Source: Siccibacter colletis (lineage in GTDB: Bacteria; Pseudomonadota; Gammaproteobacteria; Enterobacterales; Enterobacteriaceae). From it: 64,000 nt of DNA. Below, one piece after another: positions 31,877 through 46,942 of this stretch. The translations under genes and the position numbers were made by a program. Numbering within the stretch: position 1 is the first letter of the stretch; every line of letters starts with the position of its first letter. The DNA lies in the NCBI RefSeq assembly GCF_000696575.1, contig NZ_JMSQ01000007.1:1-64000 (forward strand), written 5' to 3'. Below the pieces are notes generated by a model. The model was given only the letters and a program-made list of their open reading frames with translations. It did not search any database and was not told the origin of the DNA.

Positions 31877-32299
31877 ATGTCCTCAATGCTCCCGTCTTCA
31901 CGCCCGCGCGTTGAGTGGGTCTCTTCCATCCTGCAAACGGTGCTTAACCTGGCGCTGTTATGCCTCGGGATCATCCTGATTATCTTTCTGGGTAAAGAGA
32001 CGCTGCACCTCGCTGACGTGCTGTTCAGCGACGGGGAAAAAATCACCAAGTATGAGCTGGTGGAAGGGCTGGTGGTCTATTTCCTCTATTTCGAATTTAT
32101 CGCGCTGATCGTGAAGTACTTCCAGTCCGGGTTCCACTTTCCGCTGCGCTATTTCATCTATATCGGCATCACGGCCATTATCCGGCTGATCATCATCGAC
32201 CATAAATCGCCGATGGATGTGCTGATCTATTCCGGGGCCATCCTGCTGATGGTGATCACGCTCTGGCTGTGTAACTCTAAACGCCTGAAGCGAGAATAA
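31877..32299 (+). CDS. psiE: phosphate-starvation-inducible membrane protein PsiE
   Basis: 140 aa; …[34 protein letters not shown]… matches E. coli PsiE. Confidence 0.95.
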   Translation: MSSMLPSSRPRVEWVSSILQTVLNLALLCLGIILIIFLGKETLHLADVLFSDGEKITKYELVEGLVVYFLYFEFIALIVKYFQSGFHFPLRYFIYIGITAIIRLIIIDHKSPMDVLIYSGAILLMVITLWLCNSKRLKRE

Positions 32300-32303
32300 A
32301 AAA

Positions 32304-32326
32304 AAGCGGCCCGCAGGCCGCAACAA
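32304..32326 (-). terminator. terminator for malG (minus strand); may also act on psiE
   Basis: gcggcc-cgca-ggccgc; on the minus strand it is followed by tttttttt. Confidence 0.7.
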
Positions 32327-32381
32327 ACATCATAGTAAGGGATAACAGAACGCGCAGTGGCACAGCTTAACGATAACAAGG

Positions 32382-33272
32382 TCAACCTTTAACGCCGCCC
32401 GCCGTCAGCCCGCTGACCAGCCAGCGCTGGGCCAGCAGGAACACCACGGTAATCGGGATGGCAGAGAGCACCGCCGCTGCTGCGAAGTCGCCCCACAGGT
32501 AGTTCTGCGGATTGAGATACTGCTGCATCCCCACCGCCAGCGTGTAGCTGTTCACGTCACGCAGCAGCAGCGAAGCAACCGGCACTTCGGTAATCGCGGC
32601 AATAAATGACAGAATAAACACCACTGCCAGAATCGGCACCGACAGCGGCAGCAGCACCAGACGGAACGCCTGCCACGGCGTCGCGCCATCCAGCGCAGCA
32701 GCCTCTTCTAGCGACCCGTCAATGGTTTCGAAATAGCCCTTAATCGTCCAGACATGCAGCGCGATGCCGCCCAGATAGGCGAAGATCACGCCGCCGTGGG
32801 TGTTTAGCCCGATAAACGGAATGTACTGGCCGAGACGGTCAAACAGCGCGTAGAGCGCCACCAGCGACAGCACCGCGGGGAACATCTGGAAAATCAGCAT
32901 CCCTTTCAGCAGCGTCGCTTTACCGGGGAAACGCATACGGGCGAATGCATAGGCGCAGGTGGTCGAGAGCGCGACAATGCCAATGGCGGTGATCGCCGCG
33001 ACCTTAATCGAGTTCCACAGCCACAGCAGCACCGGGAACGGCGGCGGGGTGACCCTGCCATCGGCGTGCTCAACGCTGAATCCCAGCGCCAGCCGCCAGT
33101 GCTCCCAGGAGATCTGCTCCGGGATCAGGCTGCCCGTGGCGAAGTTGCCCGCGCGCAGCGAGATGGCAATGACCATCAGCAGCGGAAACATAATGGCCGC
33201 GATAAACAGCAGCAGTCCGGCATGCGTTATCAGCAGGCGCAGCTTTTGAGATTTGGGTTGAACCATAGCCAT
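32382..33272 (-). CDS. malG: maltose ABC transporter permease
   Basis: [10 protein letters not shown]… is collinear with E. coli MalG (296 aa); the track ORF start at 33287 is a 5-codon extension. Confidence 0.97.
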   Translation of the reverse strand: MAMVQPKSQKLRLLITHAGLLLFIAAIMFPLLMVIAISLRAGNFATGSLIPEQISWEHWRLALGFSVEHADGRVTPPPFPVLLWLWNSIKVAAITAIGIVALSTTCAYAFARMRFPGKATLLKGMLIFQMFPAVLSLVALYALFDRLGQYIPFIGLNTHGGVIFAYLGGIALHVWTIKGYFETIDGSLEEAAALDGATPWQAFRLVLLPLSVPILAVVFILSFIAAITEVPVASLLLRDVNSYTLAVGMQQYLNPQNYLWGDFAAAAVLSAIPITVVFLLAQRWLVSGLTAGGVKG

Positions 33273-33283
33273 CGTATTTCTCC

Positions 33284-34828
33284 TCAATCAAACTTCATGC
33301 GTGTGGCTTTGAGATTCACAATCGCCAGCGCACCCACCAGCAGGAAGATCAGCGTGGCGATCGCGGCCGCCAGCCCGAAGTCCTGGCCGCCGCCGCCCTC
33401 GAAGGCGATACGGTAGGTGTAGCTCACCAGCAGATCGGTATAGCCCGCCGGCGTGGTGGTGCCGAGGCGATCCGGCCCGCCGTTGGTCAGCAGCTGGATC
33501 AGCACGAAGTTATTAAAGTTGAAGGCAAAGCTGGCGATCATCAGCGGCGTCAGCGGCTTGATCAGCAGCGGTAGCGTAATTTTGAAAAAATTCTGGAACG
33601 GACCCGCGCCGTCCATCGCCGAGGCTTCATAGAGATCGTCCGGAATCGCTTTCAGCAGCCCCATGCAGAGGATCATCATGTACGGATAGCCAAGCCAGGT
33701 GTTAACGATTACCACCATCGCGCGGGCGGTGTTCGGGTCGCTGAACCAGGCGGGTTTGATGCCGAACAGGCCGCTCAGCATCATGTTGATCTCACCGAAG
33801 CTCTGGTTGAACAACCCTTTGAAAATTAGGATCGAGATAAACGACGGCACCGCGTAGGGCAGGATCAGCAGCACGCGGTAAATGGCTTTGCCCTTCAGGG
33901 ATTCCCACTGCACCAGACACGCCAGTACCATCCCCACCGCCACGGTCAGCACCACCGTTAACAGCGAGAACACCACGGTCCAGACGAAGATCGCGATAAA
34001 CGGTTTCTGGATGCCTTCGTCAACGAAGACGCGCATGAAGTTATCCCAGCCGATAGTCACCGTATAACCCGGACTGAGCTTGTCGCCCGCCCAGCCGCCA
34101 TCGGCGTTCACCGACTCGTAGAAGCCAATGTCATTATTGGGCTGATACTTCACGCCGCTCTGGTTGTTGGTCAGCGTGCCGTTATCGGCCAGAGTATAGA
34201 GCGGGCGCGTACCGGAGAACTGACGCAGGGAGCTCATCACCAGTTCGCTCTCGTCCGGAAGCCGGGCGGTGATCTGGCTCAGCGCCTGGCGGTTCTGGGT
34301 GATCGCGCGCAGCGTAGCGCGTTCGCCGGCGGGCAGGGCGTCGGCCTCGTTCAGGGTTAACGTCTGCTCGCCGCCAAATGTAAAGGCGTCGGAAAGATAG
34401 TATTTGCCGCTGTCGCCATCGGTCAGCGCCAGCTGCCAGGCATCGCCCGACGGATAGAGGCCAAAGCTGTAGCTTTTCCCGGCCTGATACTGACGATCCA
34501 GCAGCACCTGTTGCGCGCGCTCCTGGGTGAGCTGGTTGGTGCTACTGTAGTTGGTGAAGGCAATGGCAATGGTGCAGACCAGCGGGAACAGAACGAACAG
34601 CCCCATGCCGGCAAGGCCAGGATAGACATAGCGCCAGGCGTAGGTTTTACGTCTGGCGAAAATATAGAGCCCCGTGGCGCTGAGCAGCAGCGTCATGATG
34701 GCAAACAGGTACTCCCCCTGGGCGTACATCAGAACGACAAGATATCCCACCAGCAGGCCGAGCAGCGCGATAACCGACCATTTGAGCGTATCGCTTTGCC
34801 ACCAGTGGGTCTTTCTTACAACATCCAT
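33284..34828 (-). CDS. malF: maltose ABC transporter permease
   Basis: 514 aa, collinear with E. coli MalF. Confidence 0.97.
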   Translation of the reverse strand: MDVVRKTHWWQSDTLKWSVIALLGLLVGYLVVLMYAQGEYLFAIMTLLLSATGLYIFARRKTYAWRYVYPGLAGMGLFVLFPLVCTIAIAFTNYSSTNQLTQERAQQVLLDRQYQAGKSYSFGLYPSGDAWQLALTDGDSGKYYLSDAFTFGGEQTLTLNEADALPAGERATLRAITQNRQALSQITARLPDESELVMSSLRQFSGTRPLYTLADNGTLTNNQSGVKYQPNNDIGFYESVNADGGWAGDKLSPGYTVTIGWDNFMRVFVDEGIQKPFIAIFVWTVVFSLLTVVLTVAVGMVLACLVQWESLKGKAIYRVLLILPYAVPSFISILIFKGLFNQSFGEINMMLSGLFGIKPAWFSDPNTARAMVVIVNTWLGYPYMMILCMGLLKAIPDDLYEASAMDGAGPFQNFFKITLPLLIKPLTPLMIASFAFNFNNFVLIQLLTNGGPDRLGTTTPAGYTDLLVSYTYRIAFEGGGGQDFGLAAAIATLIFLLVGALAIVNLKATRMKFD

Positions 34829-34941
34829 GGGGTTCTTCCTCTACAACTGTGAATACTGACGTCAGGTGCGCTGCGCTTACCTGACCTACGGACCACGCCG
34901 CAGGACCAGGCGGGTGAGCGGAACGCCACCCGCCGTGTTGC

Positions 34942-36279
<1,338 letters not shown>

Positions 36280-36375
36280 TTATGTGTCCAGGCGCACACA
36301 AAAAGGCGCGGAAAATTAAAACCTTCGTCACGAAAATCGCTGTCGCCGCGCCTGGCCGGTGGCAGACGTCCGGCC

Positions 36376-36425
36376 CTCATCCTCCCGCCTCCTCCCCCAT
36401 AAAAAAGCATGGGGGTGGAGGATTA
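36376..36425. promoter_or_regulatory. MalT-box cluster in the malE / malK divergent control region
   Basis: ctcatcctcccgcctcctcccccataaaaaagcatgggggtggaggatt is near-identical to the E. coli malKp MalT sites (GGAGGA/GGGGGA repeats); CRP-like TGTG…CACA motifs lie at about 36245-36300. Confidence 0.6.
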
Positions 36426-36498
36426 CCTGAACCGGGTCAGCTCGCATAGTCACGGCATTGTTGTTTTTGGCTGACCGTTGTAACGAAGGGAGAAAGGC

Positions 36499-37608
36499 AT
36501 GGCGAGCGTGCAGTTGCGGAATGTAACGAAGTCCTGGGGTGACGTGGTGGTATCGAAAGATATCAACCTCGACATTCAGGAAGGGGAGTTCGTGGTATTT
36601 GTCGGGCCATCTGGCTGCGGCAAATCAACGCTGCTGCGCATGATTGCCGGGCTTGAAACCATCACCAGCGGCGATTTGCACATTGGTGCTACGCGCATGA
36701 ACGATGTCCCGCCCGCCGAGCGCGGCGTCGGCATGGTGTTCCAGTCCTATGCGCTCTACCCGCATCTTTCCGTCGCGGAGAACATGTCTTTCGGCCTGAA
36801 GCTGGCCGGTGCCAAAAAAGATTTGATTAATCAGCAGGTCACCCAGGTCGCTGACGTGCTGCAGCTCGGACATTTGCTGGATCGCCGTCCGAAAGCGCTT
36901 TCCGGCGGGCAGCGCCAGCGCGTCGCCATTGGCCGTACGCTGGTGGCGCAGCCGCGGGTGTTCCTGCTGGATGAACCGCTGTCGAACCTGGATGCAGCGC
37001 TGCGCGTACAGATGCGCATAGAGATTTCCCGTCTGCATAAGCGACTCGGGCGCACCATGATTTACGTCACCCACGATCAGGTCGAAGCGATGACGCTGGC
37101 CGACAAAATCGTGGTGCTGGATGCCGGGCGCGTGGCGCAGGTCGGCAAACCGCTGGAGCTGTACCACTATCCGGCAGATCGCTTTGTCGCGGGCTTTATC
37201 GGCTCGCCGAAGATGAACTTCCTGCCGGTGAAAGTGACAGCCACCGCTATCGATCAGGTGCAGGTTGAGTTACCGAACCGTCAGCAGGTCTGGCTGCCGG
37301 TTGACAGTGAAAACGTGCAGGTGGGTGCCAACATGTCGCTGGGCATTCGTCCTGAACATCTGCTGCCCAGCGATATCGCTGACGTCACGCTGGAAGGCGT
37401 GGTGCAGGTTGTCGAACAGCTCGGCCACGAAACGCAGATTCATATCCAAATTCCGGCCATTCGTCAGAACCTGGTCTACCGCCAGAATGACGTGGTGCTG
37501 GTAGAAGAGGGTGCCACATTCGCCATCGGTTTGCCGCCAGAGCGTTGCCATCTGTTCCGTGAAGATGGAACCGCGTGCCGTCGGCTGCATAAAGAGCCAG
37601 GCGTTTAA
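36499..37608 (+). CDS. malK: maltose ABC transporter ATP-binding subunit
   Basis: 369 aa, collinear with E. coli MalK (Walker [10 protein letters not shown]; signature LSGGQRQR). Confidence 0.97.
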   Translation: MASVQLRNVTKSWGDVVVSKDINLDIQEGEFVVFVGPSGCGKSTLLRMIAGLETITSGDLHIGATRMNDVPPAERGVGMVFQSYALYPHLSVAENMSFGLKLAGAKKDLINQQVTQVADVLQLGHLLDRRPKALSGGQRQRVAIGRTLVAQPRVFLLDEPLSNLDAALRVQMRIEISRLHKRLGRTMIYVTHDQVEAMTLADKIVVLDAGRVAQVGKPLELYHYPADRFVAGFIGSPKMNFLPVKVTATAIDQVQVELPNRQQVWLPVDSENVQVGANMSLGIRPEHLLPSDIADVTLEGVVQVVEQLGHETQIHIQIPAIRQNLVYRQNDVVLVEEGATFAIGLPPERCHLFREDGTACRRLHKEPGV

Positions 37609-37619
37609 GCATTCCATAA

Positions 37620-38969
<1,350 letters not shown>

Positions 38970-39092
38970 TTCTGTGTCATGACCACATGAGGGGCGCTGC
39001 CCCTCATTCGTTAACCCTCAATTAAGTAAGAGCCTTAGTGAAGCGCGCTATTGCCTGGCTACCGCTTCACTTCATCATCTGAGGTCATCACA

Positions 39093-40064
39093 ATGAAAAT
39101 GAAAAAAAGCGTCATTGCACTCTGCCTGAGCGCAAGCCTGTTGGCCGTGCTGCCCGTAACCGGCTTCGCGGAAGTGAACATCGTGCCGCAGAATACCGCC
39201 GCCGCACCGGCCATCCCGGCCTCGGCGCTGCAACAGATTGTCTGGACCCCGGTTGCGCCGTCGCAAACCCAGACCGCCGTGCTTGCCAGCGCGGGTCAGT
39301 CGCTCAACGCACCTGGTATCAGCGGGAAAGTTGCCGCCTGGAGCGTCCCGGCTAATGTCGGCGAGCTCACCATCACCCTGACCAGCGTGGCCGATAAGCA
39401 GCGCAGCGTGTTCGCACCGAACGTGCTGGTGCTCGATGAGAATCTCTCTCCGGCGGCCTATTTCCCGTCGAGCTACTTCGAATACAAAGAGCCGGGCGTG
39501 GTGTCTGAAGACCGCCTGGAAGGCACCATCAAGCTGACCCCGGCATTAGGGCAGCAGAAGATCTATGTGCTGGCCTTTACCACACCGCAGGATCTCCAGC
39601 AGACCACCACCATGACCAACCCTGCGAAAGCCTATGCGAAGGGCGTAGGGAATGCGGTGCCTGACATTGCTGACCCGGTAGCGCGTCATACCGCTGACGG
39701 CACGCTGAGATTGAAAGTAAGTACTAACTCAGCCTCCAGTATTCTGGTTGGCCCGCTGTTTGGCTCCTCCGGCCAGGCATCGGTGACCGTGGGCAATACC
39801 GCTGCGCCCGCGCAGGCTTACAGCGCCCCGGCACCGGCCCAGGCTTATGCCGCACCCGCCCCGGCCAGCGTGCCAGCCCAGGCGCCAGCGCCGAAAGCGG
39901 CTCCGGTACTGAACGATACGGAAGCCTACTTCAATCAGGCCATCAAGCAGGCCGTTGCCAGTGGGGATGTCGATAAAGCCCTGAAACTGCTGAATGAAGC
40001 CGAGCGTCTGGGTTCCACCTCCGCCCGTTCTGTTTTTATCAGCAGTGTAAAAGGCAAGGGGTGA
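39093..40064 (+). CDS. malM: maltose operon periplasmic protein MalM
   Basis: MKMKKSVIALCLSASLLA… is collinear with E. coli MalM; RBS gaggt; the track ORF start at 39051 is an extension. Confidence 0.95.
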   Translation: MKMKKSVIALCLSASLLAVLPVTGFAEVNIVPQNTAAAPAIPASALQQIVWTPVAPSQTQTAVLASAGQSLNAPGISGKVAAWSVPANVGELTITLTSVADKQRSVFAPNVLVLDENLSPAAYFPSSYFEYKEPGVVSEDRLEGTIKLTPALGQQKIYVLAFTTPQDLQQTTTMTNPAKAYAKGVGNAVPDIADPVARHTADGTLRLKVSTNSASSILVGPLFGSSGQASVTVGNTAAPAQAYSAPAPAQAYAAPAPASVPAQAPAPKAAPVLNDTEAYFNQAIKQAVASGDVDKALKLLNEAERLGSTSARSVFISSVKGKG

Positions 40065-40217
40065 TCGTTTCCCCACATTGCTGATGCTTGCAATACCTGG
40101 TGCGCTTCGGCGCACCCTTTTTCCTGTGGCGAACGCTTGCGTTATCCCTCACCTTTCCCCATCCTGTTCCGGTTCTGCGTTACAATGCTTGTTATGACGA
40201 CTTCCGGAGTGAAACGC

Positions 40218-40727
40218 ATGTCCCACCCTGCGCTGGCGGAGCTTCGCGCACTGTCCTTTTTTGATGAGATCCCCTCCCTGAGCGGCGAACTGCTCGACTG
40301 GCTGTTGCTGGAAGATTCCATGACCAAACGCTTCGAACAGCACTGCGAAAAGGTGAGCGTAATTGTCGTTAACGAAGGTTTTGTCGGCCCGGACATGGCG
40401 CGCGATGCCCTTGAGCTGCTGCCCGCAGAACCGCGTTACTGGCTGCGGGAGATCCTGCTGTGCGGTGATGGCGAACCCTGGCTTGCCGGGCGCACGCTGG
40501 TCCCCGAGTCCACCCTGAGTGGCCCGGAACTGGCGCTGCAGCAGCTTGGTACCACGCCGCTCGGGCGCTACCTTTTTACCGCATCCACCCTGACACGCGA
40601 TTTTATTCAGGTAGGCCAGCGTGATGCGCTCTGGGGGCGACGTTCGCGCCTGCGCCTGTCAGGCAAGCCGCTGCTGCTGACCGAGCTGTTTTTGACAGCA
40701 TCACCACTATATGAAGGGGAAAACTAA
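40218..40727 (+). CDS. ubiC: chorismate pyruvate-lyase
   Basis: MSHPAL.ELRAL…[17 protein letters not shown]… matches E. coli UbiC; the track ORF start at 40137 is an extension. Confidence 0.93.
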   Translation: MSHPALAELRALSFFDEIPSLSGELLDWLLLEDSMTKRFEQHCEKVSVIVVNEGFVGPDMARDALELLPAEPRYWLREILLCGDGEPWLAGRTLVPESTLSGPELALQQLGTTPLGRYLFTASTLTRDFIQVGQRDALWGRRSRLRLSGKPLLLTELFLTASPLYEGEN

Positions 40728-41599
40728 TGGAGTGGAGTCTGACGCAAAGCAAGCTGCTGGCTTACCATCGGCTGATGCGTACTGACAAACCTATCGGCGC
40801 GCTGCTGCTGCTGTGGCCGACGCTGTGGGCGCTGTGGGTCGCTGCACCCGGCGTTCCGCCGCTGTGGATCCTGGCGGTGTTTGTCACCGGCGTCTGGCTG
40901 ATGCGCGCCGCGGGCTGCGTGGTTAACGACTACGCCGATCGTAAAATCGACGGGCACGTTAAGCGAACCGCGCATCGTCCGCTACCGAGCGGGGCGGTGA
41001 CGGAAAAAGAGGCGCGCAACCTGTTCATTATTCTGGTGCTGCTCGCCTTTGCGCTGGTGTTGACGCTGAACCTGATGACCATCCTGCTGTCGGTGGCTGC
41101 GTTGGGGCTGGCATGGATGTATCCATTCATGAAACGCTACACCCATCTGCCGCAGGTGGTGCTGGGCGCTGCGTTTGGCTGGTCGATCCCGATGGCGTTT
41201 TCCGCCGTCAGCGAAACGCTGCCGCTGAGCTGCTGGCTGATGTTCTTCGCCAACATCTGCTGGACCGTAGCCTATGACACCCAGTATGCGATGGTCGATC
41301 GTGACGACGACCTGAAAATCGGCGTGAAATCCACGGCAATCCTGTTTGGACGTTTCGACAATATGATTATCGGCATCCTGCAAATTATGGTACTGGCGCT
41401 GATGGCGACGGTAGGCTGGCTGAACGGGCTGGGCTGGGTGTTCTACGCTTCGCTGGCAGTGGCGGGCGCGCTGTTTATCTATCAGCAGCGTATCACCGCC
41501 GGACGCGAGCGCGAGGCCTGTTTCCGCGCGTTTCTGAACAATAATTACGCAGGGATGGCGCTGTTTATTGGTATTGCGGTCAGCTACCTGACGCGTTAA
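40727..41599 (+). CDS. ubiA: 4-hydroxybenzoate octaprenyltransferase
   Basis: 290 aa, [35 protein letters not shown]… as in E. coli UbiA; its ATG overlaps the ubiC TAA. Confidence 0.97.
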   Translation: MEWSLTQSKLLAYHRLMRTDKPIGALLLLWPTLWALWVAAPGVPPLWILAVFVTGVWLMRAAGCVVNDYADRKIDGHVKRTAHRPLPSGAVTEKEARNLFIILVLLAFALVLTLNLMTILLSVAALGLAWMYPFMKRYTHLPQVVLGAAFGWSIPMAFSAVSETLPLSCWLMFFANICWTVAYDTQYAMVDRDDDLKIGVKSTAILFGRFDNMIIGILQIMVLALMATVGWLNGLGWVFYASLAVAGALFIYQQRITAGREREACFRAFLNNNYAGMALFIGIAVSYLTR

Positions 41600-41630
41600 T
41601 CCACCCAGCATGGGCTACGGAGATGAAAAA

Positions 41631-41654
41631 GGCGGGAGAACCCCGCCTTTTTTA
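41631..41654. terminator. bidirectional intrinsic terminator (ubiA / plsB)
   Basis: an A-run, then ggcggg-agaac-cccgcc, then ttttttatt. Confidence 0.8.
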
Positions 41655-41672
41655 TTGGCTAACGTTCGGCTG

Positions 41673-44096
41673 TCAGCTGGTCTGCGCCGAGGCGCTTTCA
41701 ATAGTCAGACGCACGTCAGAGGTCACCAGCTCGCCCAGCAGCTGGTAAATCGCCATGGTGCGGGTCGGATCGGCATCTCCGGTATCGCTGATGTAACCTT
41801 CGTCGCGCAGCGTCAGCACCAGCGTGCTGAAGACCGCTTTGTCGAAGAACTCCGGCGCGTTGATGCCGTGCAGCACCGACAGGCGCTGAGCCACGGTACG
41901 GCTCTCTTTTTCCAGCGTACCGCGGTTGATCGCCGGGTTAGCGCTCAGCAGCCAGAAGGTAATGGCGTAGCGCTGAAGCGTTTCCCGCACCCCGGCAGCC
42001 AGCAGCTGCAGCGTGCGTGAGCGTGCCGGATTAAGCTGAAGCTGCTCGCCGTTGGCGACGATTAACCCCTGCTGCAGCATCTCTTCCAGCAGGGCATCAA
42101 TGACGCCACCCAGCTCTGATTTATCCCAGCGCAGGAACAGCTCGGTTTTCAGCATCGGATAGATAACTTCAATCTGGCTCAGCAGCGTTTCACGGCTGAT
42201 GTTGCGGTGCTGGGTAACAATCGCGGCAATCAGCGATGGCAGCACCAGCATGTGCAGAATGTTATTACGGTAGTACGTCATCAGCACTGCCTGCTCGCGC
42301 GGCAGGATGATGATGTCGCCGATGGTATCTTTCTCAACTTCGAACTTGTTCATCTGCAGCGCGTGATCGATAAGCTCATCGGCGGTGGCAGCAGGCACGG
42401 TCGCGTCCGCGGCATACGGCACGTTACGCAGCAGGCTGAGATAGCAGTTCAGCTGCTCGGTAAGCTGTTCGCGGGTCAGCGAACGCTGGCGTGACGCAAG
42501 CAGGGCTGTGCAGCAGAGGTTCATGGCGTTAGCCGCACCGGCGTTGTTGATGCGCACCATCAGTTCACCGGCAATGCCGTTGACGGTTGGCGTCAGCCAC
42601 GCCGGACGTATCGCTTCGATCGGGTCAACCGATTCGCGCCACTCCGGCACGTTATCATTCAGCCATGAGGTCAGCGACATCGGCTCGCCGAAGTTGACAT
42701 AGCCCTGGCCGAGATTGCGCAGCTTGCTCAGCCCGCGCACCATCTGCAGCAGGCTCTCTTTCTCTTTCGTAGCGCCGCGCAGCTCTTTGGCATAGGTGCC
42801 CACTTCCATGACGTGCTCGTAGCCGATGTAAATCGGCACCAGCGTAATCGGACGAGTGCCGCCGCGCAGCATCGCCTGAATGGTCATCGAAAGCGTGCCG
42901 GTTTTCGGATCCAGCAGGCGACCGGTACGGGAGCGTCCGCCTTCCACGAAATATTCAACCGAGTAGCCGCGGCTGAACAGTTCGCCGAGGTACTCACGGA
43001 ACACCGTGGAATAGAGCTTGTTGCCTTTAAAAGTACGACGGATAAAGAACGCGCCCAGACGGCGGAAAATCGGGCCAGCGGGCCAGAAATTCAGGTTGAT
43101 GCCCGCAGCAATGTGTGGCGGTACCAGCCCCTGGTGATAGAGCACGTAAGAGAGCAGCAGATAGTCCATATGGCTGCGGTGGCAGGGCACATAGACGATC
43201 TCGTGACCGTCGTGGGCCAGCTGACGTACGCGCTCAGCGTTATGAACGTTGATGCCCTGATAGAGACGGTTCCAGGTAAAGCCCAGCACGCGATCGCTCA
43301 CGCGAATAGCTTCATAGGAGAAGTCAGCCGCGATCTCTTCCATCAGCGCGACGGCATTCTGCTGCGCCTTTTCATGGGAGATCTTTTTGGTACGCGCTTC
43401 GTCCTCTACCGCACGGGCAATCGCTTTTGACGCCAGCAGCTTATTGAACAGATCCTGACGCACCGGCAGGCGTGGGCCAACGGTGGCCAGACGCTGGCGG
43501 GCAAAATGCATACGCGCCACGCGCGCCAGCTTTTGCGCGATAATTTTATCGGTGCCGTGTTCGGTGGCCATGCGGCGCAGCGAAACCGGCGGCGAGAAGC
43601 GCACAAAGCTATCGCGCCCCAGCCAGGAGATAGCGACGAACTTCTGAATGCCGTTCAGCATGCGCAGCGGCGGGTTAACCTCGCCCTTTTCGCGGCCCGG
43701 AGAGCGGCCAAACATCACCGAAACCGGCACCATCTGCACATCGAGATTCGGGTTGCTGCGGTGTAAATCCAGATAGTCGTGGAAGAGCTTAATAGACTCT
43801 TCTTTCGGCGTGTAATAGGTGAATACGCGCGGCCCGCTGTGAATGAACACGTAGCGCGGCAGAATAGCGCCGTCGATTTCCAGCGGTTCAAGCGGGTCGG
43901 GTAAATCATGCGCCAGGCATTGTTCGCGCAGCGCCAGCAAATCTGCCTTAGAGTTATAGGGCAGCACATACATAATAGGGCGAGAGGTATCCAGCCCTAA
44001 TTCGGCGCAGGGGTCTGCCGGAATAGACTTGGTCTTTACCAGGACGCTTAATGGTAAATTCAGTAATTTGTAGTAAATTCGTGGCCAACCGGACAT
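41673..44096 (-). CDS. plsB: glycerol-3-phosphate 1-O-acyltransferase
   Basis: 807 aa, collinear with E. coli PlsB ([17 protein letters not shown]…). Confidence 0.97.
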   Translation of the reverse strand: MSGWPRIYYKLLNLPLSVLVKTKSIPADPCAELGLDTSRPIMYVLPYNSKADLLALREQCLAHDLPDPLEPLEIDGAILPRYVFIHSGPRVFTYYTPKEESIKLFHDYLDLHRSNPNLDVQMVPVSVMFGRSPGREKGEVNPPLRMLNGIQKFVAISWLGRDSFVRFSPPVSLRRMATEHGTDKIIAQKLARVARMHFARQRLATVGPRLPVRQDLFNKLLASKAIARAVEDEARTKKISHEKAQQNAVALMEEIAADFSYEAIRVSDRVLGFTWNRLYQGINVHNAERVRQLAHDGHEIVYVPCHRSHMDYLLLSYVLYHQGLVPPHIAAGINLNFWPAGPIFRRLGAFFIRRTFKGNKLYSTVFREYLGELFSRGYSVEYFVEGGRSRTGRLLDPKTGTLSMTIQAMLRGGTRPITLVPIYIGYEHVMEVGTYAKELRGATKEKESLLQMVRGLSKLRNLGQGYVNFGEPMSLTSWLNDNVPEWRESVDPIEAIRPAWLTPTVNGIAGELMVRINNAGAANAMNLCCTALLASRQRSLTREQLTEQLNCYLSLLRNVPYAADATVPAATADELIDHALQMNKFEVEKDTIGDIIILPREQAVLMTYYRNNILHMLVLPSLIAAIVTQHRNISRETLLSQIEVIYPMLKTELFLRWDKSELGGVIDALLEEMLQQGLIVANGEQLQLNPARSRTLQLLAAGVRETLQRYAITFWLLSANPAINRGTLEKESRTVAQRLSVLHGINAPEFFDKAVFSTLVLTLRDEGYISDTGDADPTRTMAIYQLLGELVTSDVRLTIESASAQTS

Positions 44097-44226
44097 AAAC
44101 GATGTAAAGCCTCTGGTTAATAATGCAATCGCGCCGCAAGAATATCAGAATCCGTTGGGAATTTCTGTGCTGCGCTGAAGGCGACGTAAAAGCATTGACG
44201 CTCAGAATTCAAAAAGGTTTCTTTTC

Positions 44227-44595
44227 ATGGCGAATAACACCACCGGGTTAACCCGTATTATCAAAGCTGCAGGCTACTCCTGGAAAGGATATCGCGCAGC
44301 ATGGAAAAATGAAGCCGCCTTCCGCCAGGAGGCCGTCGCGGCAGTTGTGGCAATTGCGATTGCATGCTGGCTGGATGTTGATGCCATCACGCGCGTTTTG
44401 CTGATCGGTTCCGTTTTGCTGGTCATGATTGTCGAAATCCTTAATAGCGCCATTGAGGCGGTAGTGGACCGAATCGGGCCGGAATTCCACGAGCTTTCCG
44501 GGCGTGCCAAAGATATGGGGTCCGGTGCGGTACTGCTGTCTATCATCACCGCTCTTATCACCTGGGGCACGCTACTTTGGCAGCATTTGCGATAA
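44227..44595 (+). CDS. dgkA: diacylglycerol kinase
   Basis: 122 aa, MANNTTG.TRIIKAAGYSWKG.RAAW.NEAAFRQE… as in E. coli DgkA. Confidence 0.95.
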   Translation: MANNTTGLTRIIKAAGYSWKGYRAAWKNEAAFRQEAVAAVVAIAIACWLDVDAITRVLLIGSVLLVMIVEILNSAIEAVVDRIGPEFHELSGRAKDMGSGAVLLSIITALITWGTLLWQHLR

Positions 44596-44659
44596 CCTTT
44601 CCAGAACGGGCCGTGTGTCTGGTTTTTTGCGCATTTTGTGGTTCCAAAGTCGCCTTTGA

Positions 44660-44696
44660 CTGTATATACTCACAGCATAACTGTATATACACCCAG
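44660..44696 (+). promoter_or_regulatory. two tandem LexA (SOS) boxes in the lexA promoter
   Basis: CTGTATATACTCACAG (44660-44675) and CTGTATATACACCCAG (44681-44696). Confidence 0.9.
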
Positions 44697-44704
44697 GGGG
44701 CGGA

Positions 44705-45313
44705 ATGAAAGCGTTAACGACCAGGCAGCAAGAGGTGTTCGATCTCATTCGGGATCATATCGGCCAGACCGGCATGCCGCCTACTCGTGCGGAAATTGCA
44801 GCGCGTTTGGGGTTCCGTTCCCCGAACGCGGCGGAAGAGCACCTGAAAGCGCTGGCGCGTAAAGGCGTCATTGAGATCGTTTCAGGCGCATCGCGCGGCA
44901 TTCGTCTGCTCATTGAAGAAGCTGAAGGGCTGCCGCTGATTGGTCGCGTTGCGGCGGGTGAACCGCTGCTGGCCTCCCAGCATATCGAAGGTCACTATCA
45001 GGTTGACCCTTCCCTGTTCAAGCCGAGCGCAGACTTTCTGCTGCGTGTCAGCGGTATGTCGATGAAAGACATCGGCATTATGGATGGCGATCTGCTGGCG
45101 GTGCATAAAACCGAAGAAGCGCGTAACGGCCAGGTTGTGGTGGCGCGTATCGAAGATGAAGTGACCGTAAAACGTCTCAAAAAACAGGGCAACATCGTTC
45201 AGCTGTTGCCTGAAAACAGCGACTTCGATCCTATCGTGGTTGACCTGCGCGAACAGAGCTTCACAATCGAAGGCCTGGCGGTGGGTGTGATCCGCAACGG
45301 CGAGTGGCTGTAA
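44705..45313 (+). CDS. lexA: SOS repressor LexA
   Basis: 202 aa, [51 protein letters not shown]…. Confidence 0.97.
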   Translation: MKALTTRQQEVFDLIRDHIGQTGMPPTRAEIAARLGFRSPNAAEEHLKALARKGVIEIVSGASRGIRLLIEEAEGLPLIGRVAAGEPLLASQHIEGHYQVDPSLFKPSADFLLRVSGMSMKDIGIMDGDLLAVHKTEEARNGQVVVARIEDEVTVKRLKKQGNIVQLLPENSDFDPIVVDLREQSFTIEGLAVGVIRNGEWL

Positions 45314-45393
45314 CCTCCCTCTGATTTTAACCTCATGGCGCTGCGTGTTGCCGTGAGGTTAGCCTTCTGACCTCATTACCAGTTCGGGGCAGC

Positions 45394-46713
45394 ATGTCGT
45401 TCTTCTCCTCCACTGATAAAGCGTTGTGGCGTCTTGCGCTGCCAATGATCTTCTCGAATATCACCGTGCCGCTGCTTGGCCTGGTGGATACGGCGGTGAT
45501 TGGTCATCTCGACAGCGCAGCCTATCTTGGCGGCGTGGCGGTAGGGTCAATGGCCACCAGCTTCCTGTTTATGCTGCTGCTGTTCCTGCGTATGAGCACC
45601 ACCGGGCTGACGGCCCAGGCCTTTGGTGCGAAAGACCCCGCCGGTCTGGCGCGGGCGCTGGTACAGCCGCTGATGCTGGCGCTTATTGCTGGCTTCGCCA
45701 TTTTTCTTCTGCGTACTCCGCTTATCAATCTTGCGCTGCATATCACCGGTGGTAGCGACGACGTCCTGCTTCAGGCGCGCCGCTTTCTTGAGATCCGCTG
45801 GCTGAGCGCGCCCGCCTCGCTGGCAAATCTGGTGCTGCTCGGCTGGTTGCTGGGCGTGCAGTATGCCCGTGCACCGGTGATCCTGCTGGTGGTGGGTAAC
45901 CTGCTTAACATCGTGCTCGACCTGTGGCTGGTAATGGGGCTGCAGATGAATGTGCAGGGCGCGGCGCTCTCAACGGTTATCGCCGAATATGTCACCTTTC
46001 TTATCGGCCTGCTGATGGCGTGGAAAGTCCTGCGGCTGCGGGGTGTCAGCGTAACCATGCTGAAAGCGGCATGGCGCGGGAATATGCGTAAGCTGCTGGC
46101 GCTTAACCGCGACATTATGCTGCGATCGCTGCTGCTCCAGCTCTGCTTCGGTTCCATTACCGTCCTCGGGGCGCGGCTGGGGGCTGAGGTGGTGGCGGTG
46201 AATGCTGTGCTGATGACGCTCCTCACTTTCACGGCCTATGCGCTCGACGGTTTTGCCTATGCGGTGGAAGCGCATTCCGGCCACGCGTTTGGCGCGCGCG
46301 ATCGCTCTTCGCTGCTTGATGTCTGGCGCGCTGCCTGTCGGCAGGCGGGGATTGTCGCGCTGGCATTTGCCCTGGTCTATGCCTGTTTCGGTTCGACTAT
46401 TGTCGCCATGCTGACCTCCATCGACAGCCTGCGGCAGCTTGCCGGGCACTATCTGCCGTGGCAAATCCTGCTGCCGCTGGTGGGTGTCTGGTGTTATCTG
46501 CTGGACGGTATGTTTATTGGCGCCACCCGTGGCCGGGAGATGCGTAACAGCATGGCGCTGGCCGCGCTGGGGTTTGCCCTGACGCTGCTGTCGCTTCCGC
46601 TGCTGGGTAATCATGGTTTGTGGCTGGCGCTGTGCGTCTTCCTGGCGCTGCGAGGTGTGACGCTGGGCTGGATGTGGCGGCGTTTCTGGCAACAAGACCG
46701 CTGGTTTACATAG
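45394..46713 (+). CDS. dinF: MATE-family efflux protein DinF (damage-inducible)
   Basis: 439 aa, …DKALWRLALPMIFSNITVPLLGLVDTAVIGHLDS… is collinear with E. coli DinF. Confidence 0.95.
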   Translation: MSFFSSTDKALWRLALPMIFSNITVPLLGLVDTAVIGHLDSAAYLGGVAVGSMATSFLFMLLLFLRMSTTGLTAQAFGAKDPAGLARALVQPLMLALIAGFAIFLLRTPLINLALHITGGSDDVLLQARRFLEIRWLSAPASLANLVLLGWLLGVQYARAPVILLVVGNLLNIVLDLWLVMGLQMNVQGAALSTVIAEYVTFLIGLLMAWKVLRLRGVSVTMLKAAWRGNMRKLLALNRDIMLRSLLLQLCFGSITVLGARLGAEVVAVNAVLMTLLTFTAYALDGFAYAVEAHSGHAFGARDRSSLLDVWRAACRQAGIVALAFALVYACFGSTIVAMLTSIDSLRQLAGHYLPWQILLPLVGVWCYLLDGMFIGATRGREMRNSMALAALGFALTLLSLPLLGNHGLWLALCVFLALRGVTLGWMWRRFWQQDRWFT

Positions 46714-46942
46714 TCAGTTACATCCCTTTACCGGGCTTTAAGCAGCCTCCAGCTTCCTGATTTTGCAGCCCTTTCATGGTCTTTTTTCATGCGTCAGGGG
46801 GTGAAAATGGTTAAATATTCCGAATCACCGCCCCGTTCCCGCAGGCTCGTCTACAATTATTATCACGTCCAGCAGGAAATGAGATGAATGTCAGGACGGT
46901 TCATAAACGCAATCTCATAAACCGAACGATGAGGACATTATC

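Noticed and set aside
45314-45393. Imperfect hairpin acctcatggcg…gccgtgaggt between lexA and dinF as a terminator
   Set aside because: The stem is interrupted and there is no U-tract. lexA-dinF is known to be cotranscribed, so it is at most a weak attenuator.
45970-46695. 241-aa minus-strand ORF over dinF
   Set aside because: It is an antisense artefact (Gln/Arg/His-rich).
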